Position numbers and translations under genes: made by a program. 64,000 bases of DNA, from positions 70,476,452 through 70,540,451 of the forward strand of contig NC_068990.1 of NCBI RefSeq assembly GCF_001194135.2, read 5' to 3'. The notes beneath the pieces were generated by a model. It worked only from the letters and a program-made list of their open reading frames with translations. It was not told the origin of the DNA and did no database searches. Each line of letters begins with the position of its first letter. Position 1 is the first letter of the stretch. Positions 13,326-25,086 of the stretch are shown piece after piece. This stretch comes from Octopus bimaculoides. Its lineage: Eukaryota.

Positions 13326-14505
13326 GAGTACTCTATCCCTTCTACCTGACTCAACAAATAAAAAAAAATGGGAAAAGAATTCATACTCTTTTTTTATCAA
13401 AAAGTTGGTTTTAGTGATAAGTAATATGCAATCTTATAGCAATGCAGTATCACTTATAATTATGTTCAGCAATTAAATTAGAACCTTAACAAAATGATGA
13501 CATAGGATAAGAATGACTGAATTTAGGGTGAAAACCATTAAACCAATTCCATCAAGGGTTTGACAAACGTAGAATTTAAGGATGAATAAAATTTGTTGTT
13601 GCTGTTGTTCTTTTATGTTAATTATATTCAGGAATTGTAGAGCTGTCTGCATTCTAGTGAGTAACACTTATTAATCCAACATGTACCATTGCTTATAAAC
13701 AAATAAATTCTTTGCCAATATTATCTGAATTTTTATTTATTTATTTATGTAATTTTATTTCAGTGAACATGTATGCAATCTAAGCTGGATGGGAATGTTG
13801 GTGTGTGTATATGTGCATGTGTCTGCCTGTGTTTATGTGTGTATGTGTGTGTGTGCATGCATGTCTGTGTGTGTCTCAGAGTCTTTCTTCTTTTTTATAC
13901 TTAATCTTCTTTTATATTTTTTCTGGGGTTGATGATGGGGAGGGAGTTTTCAAGGGTTTAGAATTCATGTTCTGGAATAAGCTGTAACTGATCCAAGACA
14001 GATCAAAAGAAAAAAGTTCTTCAGAAACAATTACAACAACAGCAACAGCAACAACAACAACAATGACAATAATGGTGCACTATTAACTACTACAACAACA
14101 ACAGTTATGCATTAACAACAACAACAGAAATAGCTGCAGCAGTTGAAAGTGCATCAAAAACTGCAACACTAAGAAATGTAGAAAAATGCACCAACAACAA
14201 GAACATTAATACAGGTAGAGAAATAACTGCTGCACTGACACTCATCAGCAAACAACTATGAAAATAACTACAACAACAACCACCATCACAACAACAACCA
14301 TTATGTAATACAGGTCGATGTTTTTTATATCATTATCCAGAATTTTCATGACATTCAGCATATTTTTAGTGAATTTTTATTGTTATTTTTATCATTCCTG
14401 AAGAGCTTCACATTGCTAATAATGACATATTTTTTATTGACGCATACATATCCACACACCTGCACATGCACACACACACACATACATATACACATACATG
14501 CATAC

Positions 14506-14537
<32 letters not shown>

Positions 14538-14571
14538 GGATATACGTGTATGTATACATATATACAGATAC

Positions 14572-14630
<59 letters not shown>

Positions 14631-14632
<2 letters not shown>

Positions 14633-15180
14633 GTCAAATTGATGTTACAATCATTTCCATAAATGGACAATATCTCTATTCCATATCTCATACAATGTTA
14701 TGGAATACATGCCATAATATATGGAAATATGTAATAATTCTATAGTCCATTAGCTTCCTCAGATGTCATGATTTGAAGGCACCATCAACCAAATGCCATT
14801 GAATGGCTGATAGTTGTTCTGTGGTTAATGCTTTGTTCTATAAGATGAATTCCAGCAGGTTTTTAAAACTTTATTTTGACTTACTTTTATTAAAATTTAT
14901 TGTCTTAAAACATACAGGAAATATCAAAGGAAAGCTATAAGTATTCATTCTATTTATATATTGTGACATGCCCAAATGAACTCATCCCAAAACATTCATT
15001 TGGTCGATGGTGCCTTCAAATCATGACTTTTGAAGAAGTAAATGGATTATAGAATCATTACATATTTCCATATGTTATGGTATGTATTCCATAATATTGT
15101 ATGAATTGCATAACATTGTATGAGATATGGAATAAAAATAATGTTTGTTTATGGAAATAATTGTAATGTCAATTTAACTT
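14631..15180. mobile_element. MITE/foldback element with about 165-185 bp inverted arms
   Basis: 14631-14794 is the reverse complement of 14997-15180. The ORF track shows the mirror peptides MRYGIEILSIYGNDCNINLT (-) and MRYGIKIMFVYGNNCNVNLT (+). Confidence 0.85.
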
Positions 15181-15414
15181 CTTTCCCCATGTCAATTATT
15201 ACTTTTATCATTCACTCTGCAGGACTTATTTTAAGTCTACTGGATCTTACCTTGGAGTTGTATAATGCCCCCATTTATACCAATCAATGTTTTATAGATC
15301 CCCATTTTAATTTCGGAATACTATGCTAGCCAGGATCTAGTGTGATATGTTAATGAGGTGATAGCCAACATTATTTTATCCCCCTCAATCTATATATACC
15401 TTTTTTATTCTTTT

Positions 15415-15776
15415 ATTCTTTACTCGCTTTGGTTATTTGACTGTGACCATGCTGGAGCACCACCTTAAAGGGTATTAGTTGAAGAAATCAACCCCAGGCC
15501 TTATTTTTTGTAAGCCTAGTACTTATTCTATCAGTCAGTTTTGTCAAACTGCTAAGTTACAGAAACATAAACACACCAGCATTGGAGACACACGAATATA
15601 TACATATATATATTTACAAAGGGCTTCTTCCAGTTTCCGTCTACCAAATCCACTCACAAAGCTTTGGTCAACCCGAGACTATAGTAGAAGGCATTTCCTC
15701 AAGGTGCCATGCAGTGGGACTGAACCCGGAACCATGTGATTAGGAAGCAAACTTCTTACCACACAGCCACGTCTGC
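15415..15776 (-). mobile_element. Bipartite SINE, near full length
   Basis: Reverse complement of 28368-28785: tRNA-like head, internal TA/CA-rich spacer and 3' half. Confidence 0.75.
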
Positions 15777-16255
15777 ATTTATATATATATATTAATAGAA
15801 TTTCTTTACAAGCTTAAAGTTTATAACCAAACACTATGCATTGACTAAGTTAAATAGTTTAATATTGGGGCATATAAGCCCTTGACGGAAAAAAAATAGG
15901 GTTTAGAAATAATCGGTATTTTGCCCGTCCCTCCAATCTGAGCTTAAATTTTGCCAAGGTCAACTTTGCCTTTCATGGTCTCTTTTTGCCAAACCACTAA
16001 CTAACATGGACATAAACATACCAACATTGGTTGTCAAGCGATGGTGGTGGGGAGGGGACAAACACAGACACACAAGCATATACATATATACAATGGGTTT
16101 CTTTCAGTTTCCTTCTATCAAATCCTCTCATAAGGCTTTGGTCAGCCCTAGGCTATAACAGAAGTCACTTGCCCAAGGTGCCATGCAGTGGGACTGAACC
16201 CAGAAGCATGTGGGTTGGGAAGCAAGCTTCTTACCCCACAGCTATACCTGCGCGT

Positions 16256-16289
<34 letters not shown>

Positions 16290-16686
16290 AGAGAAAATAA
16301 GATGACAGAGGAATAAACAATTATCTTCTGAACTCCATTAGCTTACAGCTGTTTCTGCTATAAGATAGCAGTGGATTCATGTGTGCTTGAGTAACACCTT
16401 ATAACTTCGTTGGAGTCTCGAATATGAAGATCAGTTTATTTGCCCTTCCTCGGCCTCTTTTTGATCCACAACTGCAGTTCAGTCATGGAGACGAGCTGCG
16501 GGAAAGCGCACCTACAAACGGTGACCACACCTGTTCACCATCGTCTACGTAGAGCCGGAGATGTCACAGTCTTAGCGCATGTCTGCGCATCATCAACCAC
16601 GGCATGTCCAGCCCTCCTTTTAACGGGTGTTGGTAGCAAAGATAGATAGTTAGATAGATAGACAGACAGATAGACAGACAGATAGG

Positions 16687-16724
<38 letters not shown>

Positions 16725-16725
<1 letters not shown>

Positions 16726-16856
16726 ATGTTTCTTTATTGGCCACACAGGGCTGAACACAGAGGGGACAAAATACAAAGTAGAGCTTTTCTTTTTGGGAAG
16801 GAAAGAAAAAAAATGAAAAAAAAAGGTGGGGTTGAATTTCGATCAAAAGGGGTCGT
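16725..16856 (-). mobile_element. Short retroelement 3' end inserted in an (AGAT)n array
   Basis: Minus strand ends cagccctgtgtggccAATAAAgaaacattt followed by (TATC)n. (AGAT)n flanks both sides. Confidence 0.45.
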
Positions 16857-17648
16857 AGATAGATAGATAGATAGATAGATATTCACTACCCATCCTACCA
16901 TTGAAGACATGCTAAACAATGATGATAATGATACACACACATACTCTCTCTCTCTCTCCCTCTCCCTCTCATATCTACACTGGCAAATAGTGAAATCAAT
17001 TGATTATCAATATTCTTTTTCCCTTTTATTTATTTATTTTTTTTTAGTTTGTGTTATAAAGCTATCTCTTCCTCTTGCCCACTTTCCTTCTGAGTCATCA
17101 TATTATCATGGTGTTCTTTGTTTTTGTTGTTGTCATTGCTGTTGCTGCTTGGTTACAACTCCAATACCAGATAGGCAGTGCTAACCTCTGCCTTCTTAAG
17201 TGTGTGTGAGATTTAGCCCACGCTTAGAGCACAGCAGCCACATACAGTGTCACTTCATACTATTTTGTATGCACCCTGTTAATGTGTCACAGATAATCAC
17301 CTCAGTACCAATACAGTGTGTTTTATCAATGAATACATATTTATCAGTCATAAATTTAATATACAATATACAGATTTATATAATCCAGTGGTAATCACAA
17401 AAACAGTCCTTTAGAGGACCAAACTACAAACCACATAGTAAACCGATACATAGAAGTGTAATGTAGAGTCCAATGCAGTAGAAATCCAGTGAATCCAATC
17501 AGTGAAAATCGTTTTATGGGAAGTATATAGAGTATAAAGAAATCCAGGAGGTATGAGATGAATATATTTATTTCACCAGCAGTTATCCATGGGGTGACAA
17601 CCGTTTCACAGTCTACATCATGCAAAAATAGTTTATTTTAGTATATAA

Positions 17649-17871
17649 TACAAGAGGGTGCTGAAAAGTTCCTGGCTTTGAGGGTATTGTGAAAGGTCTG
17701 GTTGGAGACCCAACCTTCCGAGTTCTTTTACAGGACTTAGAAAAACTGAAGGACCACTGCAATTAGTGTGTTAATCTGAGAGGGGAATATATGTTCAATA
17801 AAATCATGATTAACTGATCCACCTGTATTTTCTTATACCCAAAGCCAGGAACTTTTCAACACCCACTCATA
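17649..17871 (+). mobile_element. Mariner-derived MITE
   Basis: TIRs gagggtgctgaaaagttcctggcttt / aaagccaggaacttttcaacaccc, flanked by TA. The interior retains mariner C-terminal codons (FLQDLEKLKDHCN*CVNLRGEY). Confidence 0.85.
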
Positions 17872-19329
17872 TATTATTTTACATGTAGGCAATAATATGT
17901 TTGCTATAAATTGCATTGTACTGTTGTACATTTTACAAAACAATGTGAATATTAAAGGCTAGATATAGATATATACCTGTCATACACATCTGTATTTAGT
18001 CTCACTTTGACCAAAATAAAGGCAGTTTTGTTAGTTTAAGATGAGAATTACAGCTATTCATTTCACAACCTTTATCTTTCATGCAGATCCTTGTAACTTC
18101 TCTCTCCCAGGTAAAGCGGTAAGATTGCAGTGCAACCAACCAAGAGATAAGAGGTTTATATTAATATCTTGTGACTGCTTTACTATTGTGTCTATTGTTA
18201 AGAAACTTGACTCTCACCAATAAAAATTCATGTTGGAATCTTCTTCACATTGGAGTATGAGATGTTGATGCTGCTGCCTCTACTTTCAAACAACTGAGAC
18301 TAAATCCAAAAGAAAACCATTTAATTATCTGACAAAGAACCACTCTTTAACTTGCTACAATCATTCAGTGCATTATATCCTCTTTGTGTCTCCTCCTCTA
18401 CTGCTACTGCAATGACTTCTGCTCTTTTGAACTTGCTGTCTGTAGGCTTTCTCCACTAATGCCCACCTACTTGGCCAGATTCACTGTGCCTTTCTCACCT
18501 TTCAGGCTTTGAACTTCCACTAGTGACTGTAATTCTTTAAAATTCTGTCTCTTCCCATACTTTTCCTTAAACCATTGACATATCACTGTTTAAGAACAAC
18601 AATCTTCAAATCTATTTCACCAGGCTGGGAGTGACTACAAAGGTCATGAACATTGCTTTTCCTACTCGTCTTCCTAGCTTATTGAAAAACAAGACTAAAT
18701 ACATACATACTGCTATGGGTTTATATTCCACTACTGTAAACTGTAGCAAGACCACAAAACTGAAAAATCTTTTAATTGCTAATTAGAACTCAATTCAGTT
18801 CCTCTCATGAAATGTGATAGACCAGTGCTCTAGGCCTGCAAATTTGAGAGTCAGCAGGTTTCTATAGATTTAACTGGATGACAGTTAAGTCCACAGAAAA
18901 TCGAAGTTGGACACTATCCCCATGCATCCTTTCACTAACCCCTTTTGATACAAATCTACCTGAGACCATGATACAAACTTCTGATTTTAAAGTGATCTAA
19001 ATTAAAACCTTCCATCAAAATTTCACATTAATTTATGTTCCAAACACCAGCTTAATTATGAGAAAGTTATTTTACTTCTTTATTTTCAAAGTTGATTGAC
19101 ACAAAGACAATGTACTTCAACAGAAATATGGTAGGATAAAATAAGGCCAAATTGTTTGTTTGACCCAGGTCACCATTACCCCCATAGACTTATCATCAAA
19201 GACATTCCAACCATACCCATCATATTTTTTTGTGTTTCCAAAATTATATCTTCAGGACGCTGAACCTTTCAGGTGAGATGACAAAGGACTGAGATGCCTG
19301 CTGCCTTGTTGTACTCAAGACCCATACTC

Positions 19330-19668
19330 TGCAACAGAAATGTTAAGACCGGTCCCTTTGGTGGTGAAAGGCACTCATGGTGGTGCCATGTAAAAGTGTC
19401 CATGTGGTATCACATAAAAGCACCCATGCAGTGCAATGTAAAAGCACCTATGCAGCACCACATAATAGCACTTGTGAGGTTCCATGTAAAAGCACCCAGC
19501 ACACTCTATAAAGTGGTTGGCACTAGGAAGAGCATCCAGCTGTAGAAACCATGCCAAATCAGACTGTAGTCTGGTGCAGCTCCCCAGCTTGCTAGGTCTG
19601 GTCAAACCGTCCAACCCATGCCAGCATAGACAACATACATTTAATGATGATGATGATGATGATGATGA
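19330..19668 (+). mobile_element. RTE 3'-UTR fragment with (GAT)n tail
   Basis: Subrepeats catgtaaaagcacc, then gtcaaaccgtccaacccatgccagcat...tttaatgatgatgat. Confidence 0.75.
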
Positions 19669-20485
19669 TATTGCTCAATATGTCCTTTTTCTCTTTTTTG
19701 ATAACAGTAGGGTGTTTTTTGAGGGAGATTTTGGTTCTATTTGTAACAAGTTCTACATCATTAGAAACTATGGTCAACTTACTCTTTGACAAGCTACCTA
19801 TACACTGTGTATTTATGCTTGTGTGTGTGACTGTATATGTTTGTGTGTATATACTTGTCTGCAGCAATTATTATCTCATTTAGATGTTTAGGTCTCTTTT
19901 TTTGTTGTTTTTCTGGAGCAGAGCTTTTACCCCTACCATCTCATTTATCATCTTTGTAAACTCCTCCCCACCTTTGGGTGATGGTGGTGGTGGTGGTGGT
20001 GGGTTAGGAGGAGAAATAGTGGTATAGAACATAAAGGGCAGGTTTATTGAATCAGGATGTTGTGAAATGTGTTTTATTTCCTTGTTTGTTATTGTACCTA
20101 GGTGCAGCACTTCCATCTGTTTATAGTCCTCTCTTATTTCACAGTTCATCCATTTATCCAGGCAGCTATGCCTCCTCCATTCACCTCCATGCACCGATCA
20201 GCCTTTCTCTCCTCCACCACCCCATACCTTGTCTCTCTTTTTTTTTGTTTTCCTCCCCTGACCAGTATCCTTCTCACACTGCATACATCAGCTGATCAGC
20301 AATCACCATGAACAGCACCAGCAGCAACAACAGTAGCGGCAGCAGTTTCTAAATAATGAGTTATATTGCCTTGTATCTTTTTAGTACTTCACTACTGTGT
20401 CCTGTATACAACAATAATAACCATCTTTTATTAGACACAAGTACTCAAAGGCAACAGAGATGGAATGAAGGACAGCTTAATAATG

Positions 20486-20518
<33 letters not shown>

Positions 20519-20769
20519 CTTTCTTTATTCACCACGAAGGGTTCATAAAAATGTTGAGCATAGTACTGGACATTACAATAGGATACATAAAGAAGCATGT
20601 AAAAAGTAGAAAAAATGGTGATAATATAAATTCTAATGATGAATTATTCTCCAAAATAGGGAGACACCCTCAGGCTGCTCATGGAAACTCCACAAAACTA
20701 TGGTCACTCTGACCACTAGGGCAAGTGCCCTCTCAACATTGTTTTCCTTCAATTTACAAGAACATGCTT

Positions 20770-21560
20770 AGAGGAGGCCAGTTCACTCAGACCAGTCTTG
20801 CCACATTCACCCACCTTTTTACAAAATTGCTAGAAGGCAGCACTTCCTTTCCTACCCTAACTTTCCTTTTCAAGTGAAACTTCAAAACGTTAATGAGGTC
20901 TTGGCCAAAGAGGAAAGTATCTGTCTTCAGCCATTTCAATCTGGTCCACCACACAACCTCCTTCACTAAGGCTACAAAACAGGTAAACACTGCCTGCCAT
21001 TTCTGACCATAAGAGTGAGGCTTGATGATCTTCACAATGGTCTCAGCTGATAGATGGATCCATCCTACATGTGACAGCTGGTGTTTGACATAAACCCACT
21101 AATCATTAAGGCTTGGGCACTGGATGAAAGCATGCAGAACAGTTTTGTTGCTCTACATACATTTAAGGCAAACCTGGTTGACAGCACTTCACAGTCTGTA
21201 GAGTTTATCCTGAAATGGCAATGCTTCCCAGTAGCACTGCCAGGCCAAGGATGTCTGGAAATTATCCATGAGCCCCAGTCCTCTAGAACAGACCAGCCAG
21301 TTGATTATTGTCAATGTCCAAAGTCTCCTGAAGAACATCATTGCACTTGCTCACCACTACTCCTCTATAGAATTCTAAAGTGGAACTTCCACTGACTACA
21401 TTGATTGACTGATAGAGGACTGTCAACACCTGATGACACTCTAGGTGCCAGGTGCACTACCTTGGTCTCAGCTTGATCCAGGATTGCAGCTTAGTCAAAG
21501 AAAAGTGCTACTTTATCTAGATACACCATTCATTCATGTTCACATTGGCACATTTGGGAA
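20770..21560 (-). mobile_element. Tx1/L1-clade LINE ORF2 C-terminal remnant (zf-RVT/CCHC region)
   Basis: Minus strand SLAWQCYWEALPFQDKLYRL*SAVNQVCLKCM*SNKTVLHAFIQCPSLND*W, then ...KVRVGKEVLPSSNFVKRWVNVARLV. The C..C....T..H....C knuckle and terminal F..RW are typical of this clade. Confidence 0.75.
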
Positions 21561-21604
21561 ATCCAGTTGGTACCTGTCAGACAGTTGGAAGTACAATAAT
21601 GATA

Positions 21605-21842
21605 ATTATAATAATCCTTTCTACTGAAGGTACAAGGCCTGAAATTTGGGGAGAGAGGTCTAGTTGATTACATTGATCTCAGTATGTAACTGGTACTTAA
21701 CTTATTGACTCCAAAAGGGTTAGGGATCAAGTCGACTTCAGCAGAATTTGAATTCAGAACATAGCGATGGGCAAAATACTGCTAACGATTTTGCCAGCTC
21801 ATCCAACATAGTAACGATTCTGCCAGCTCGCTTGCCTTAAGT
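21605..21842 (-). mobile_element. (ATT)n-tailed tRNA-like SINE
   Basis: Reverse complement of the 53540-53750 unit (ggcagaatcgttag...ctgagttcaaattc...aaatttcaggccttgt...agaaaggattatt). Confidence 0.8.
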
Positions 21843-22894
21843 ATAATAATAATAATACTAACAATAATAAAAACAAAGACTAAAAGCAAAAAGTATCAAC
21901 CAAAATTTGTTAAAATAAATCTGTTAAATGACAAATAATTGTGACTGACAGTAACAACAACAACCACCAATACTAAACTATTAGAATAACAAAAACAAAT
22001 GCAGTAACACAACAACAGTCCTGAATAAACCATATAAAAACAAGAAAAGGTCTAGCCAATGAGAGAGCCTTAAGTGGTTTCTGAACATGCTACAAATAAC
22101 AGCCAAATCTTCAACTTGCATGTTCTTCATTGAAGAAAGTAAACATTAGATAGTGTAGTGCTAGGTACCCTTTTCCCTGTAAATAGACAGGATAGTCATG
22201 GCTGGAAAGTTTTTGATCATTGGTCTACTTTCATCATAGATCTAACCATTTTGGCTAAATAAAGATAAAACACTAACATGTTATTATAACAATAGAAGTG
22301 AACTACTACTACTACTACATTAGTTGGTGAGAAGCTTTGTAGGTAAGAATACTAAGTTGTACCTGTGGTAGTGGTGTCATTTACCACAACCACAGCTACC
22401 CCTAACTATAACTCCACCATCGCCATACAACAATCAGTTCAACCAGTTACACCACCACCACCACCATCAGTCACACTACCATAACTACCACTCCCACCAT
22501 CATCACCACCAATACCATCCTCATCAGTAGCAGCAGATTCCTGTACATCATTGGTTCCGCTAAAGTACCAAAAGCAATGACACTGTATCCAGAAATCTCT
22601 CACTGCTCCTCTCACTACAGACCAGATGTGTTAGTCATCACACTGAGACTCAACACCACCACCACCACCACCAGTGGTGATGATGATGATGATGATGATG
22701 ATGATAATGTGAGAGGTGCTGGTGATGCTGGTGTCCTGTACGTCTTTTATTGCTCCTGTTTCATTGATGGTGATGATGCTACTGATGCCACTGTCGTGGT
22801 ATTCTTATATTTTAGCTCTGCATTTACTGCTACTACGACTGATGATGGTGATGATGATAATCTTGCAAACTGTACTAATGCTATCGTTGCTAAT

Positions 22895-23121
22895 AATAAT
22901 CCTTTCTACTATAGGCACAAGGCCCGGAATTTCTGAGGAGGGGATAGTCAATTACATCAACCCCAGTACTTGACTGGTTCTTAATTTATTGACCCCCAAA
23001 AGGATGAGAGGCAAAGTCGACCTTGGCGGAATTTGAACTCAGAACGTAGCGATGGGTAAAATACCGCAAAGCATTTCATCCAGCATGCTAAGCTAATAAT
23101 AATAATAATAATTATAATAAT

Positions 23122-23165
<44 letters not shown>

Positions 23166-23585
23166 TAATAATGGTTTCAAATTTCGGCAGAAGGACAGCA
23201 ATTTCAGGGGAGAGGATAAGTCAATGACATCGACTCCAGGACTCAACTGGTACATATTTTATCGAACCTAAAAGGATGAAAGGTAAAGTCGACTTCAGCG
23301 GGATTTGAACTCAGAACATAACGAGACAGAAGAAATGTTGATCAACATTTTGTCTGATGCACTATAGCAAAAGGTCATCTATTTTTTTAGGGAAGAGGTT
23401 TAATTAATTTCAATAACCTTGGTATTTGACTTATACTTTTAGTATATGGACTTAAGGGTAGGGGAAGGCGTGAAAGTAAAAACTTTGGCAGGATTTGTAT
23501 TTAGAATGTAGAGTGACATAACAGAATAACACAGGGTATTTTACCTGGTGCTCTACCGATTCTGCCGAAATGTCACTACTACAGC
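22895..23585 (-). mobile_element. Three head-to-tail (ATT)n-tailed SINE copies
   Basis: Units at about 22895-23090, 23172-23345 and 23385-23585. A long (AAT)n at 23090-23172 separates the first two. Confidence 0.75.
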
Positions 23586-24609
23586 TACTACTGTTGCTGC
23601 AAATATTGTTTGTATGCTTCTGCTGCTGCCCTGGACAACAAATGCTTCTAACACATGTAGCCATGTTCACATGACAACTGGTACTGCTGATTTCTGATGT
23701 TACTGATATTCCTCACATCACCACCACAACCACCACCACTTCCTCAATGACTACTGCTGTTCTTTGCACCCTTATTACTAATGTTTCTGCCACTACTACT
23801 AATACTACTACTACTACTGTAACACCATCATGACAACCAGACACACCCTAATTTCTACTACTACTGCCATCACCACCACTGCCACCCTTGTTCTTCCCAC
23901 CCTTATTCTTGATTTGGCGTACATGAGGGATGAAGTTTATTATTTTGCTTTTCTCATGCCATTACTAATACCCCTGCTTATGTTGCTCCAGACTGTTGAT
24001 GCTCCTACAATTGCTACCCTTAATCCCTCACCTTTTTTATTGCTGATAGTTTTACTGTTTTTTGAGGGACAGGATAGTTGTTGTTTAAATTCAGATCAAC
24101 CTTCGTCCAGGAGACCTATGATCAAATGTATTCTGGCCATGACCATCCCATCTATTTCTAACAGTGTGTTAAAATCTTTATACACAAACTCTCAGTTTCC
24201 AAGTTTCGAATTCATTCACTAGACATTGGTTGACCTGGGGATATAGCAGTAGACACTTTGCCCAAGGTGCTACACAGTGGGAGTGAATCCAAAACCATAT
24301 GATTGCAAAGTGAGCTTTTTAACTTCACAATCACTATTTCTAGTATTCTCAACAACTATAAAGACTCCCTCTTTGGTTTGGGCAGTTACGGAGTTAGCAG
24401 TCACAATGTAGAAAGAGAAAGGGTTTACATATTCATGTGTGCCTATAAAAATTTGTGTGTAATTATTTTAGGCTTGGGTAAGTACCTAGTAGTCTGCCGA
24501 TTAAAGCACATTCACTATCTGTGGCTACCTGATGTTATCAACAGTATAGATATAAATGCCACTGGATTTACTTCAGGAATTCCTTCATGTCTGGATTCCT
24601 CCACAATCA

Positions 24610-24910
24610 TGAGGTAGTGAGTCCGATTCCTGAACTGGACTGTGTGTTGTGTTCTTGAGCAAGACACTTTACTTCACGTTGCTCCAATTCACTCAACTGT
24701 AGAAATTAGTTGTGACATCACTGGTGCCAAGTTGCATGTGCCTTTGGCTTTCCTTTGGATAACATTGTTGGTGTGGAGAGGGGAAACTGGTATATATAGG
24801 CAACTGCTAGTCTTCCATAAACAGCCTTGCCTGGCTTTGTGCCTCAATGGGTATCTTTCTAGGTGCAATCCTATGGTAATTCATGACCAAAGGGCATCTT
24901 TACCCTGTTA
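24610..24910 (+). mobile_element. Third SINE family (tRNA-like head with cttgagcaagacactttac core)
   Basis: gtccgattcctgaactgg...gttcttgagcaagacactttacttcacgttgctcc. Related fragments occur at 28830-28990 (+), 7620-7830 (-) and 45600-45900 (-). Confidence 0.55.
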
Positions 24911-24914
24911 AATA

Positions 24915-25086
24915 TATAACAAATGAGAGAGAAAATGGAATGCATGGGTCCCATGTGGGTGAGATTCTGGACAACATTGTCCAGAATCTCACCCACATGG
25001 GACCTATGCATGATGGGTTGAAACAATCATTGTGATTAATAAAGAATCTTGTGAAATCCATTTTCTCTTTCTCTCATTTGTTATAA
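24915..25086. repeat. Palindromic (foldback) element with near-perfect 35-bp inner hairpin
   Basis: Inner arms at 24940-24974 and 24977-25011 have 1 mismatch and a 2-nt loop. Outer arms are tataacaaatgagagagaaaatgga / tccattttctctttctctcatttgttata. Confidence 0.9.

Noticed and set aside
13915-13985. Minus-strand terminal-exon candidate (LFQNMNSKPLKTPSPSSTPEKI*)
   Set aside because: Plausible acceptor but no homology recognised and no linked upstream exon.
18230-18600. Possible LINE ORF1 remnant on the minus strand
   Set aside because: Only vague coiled-coil-like composition with several stops; no diagnostic motif.
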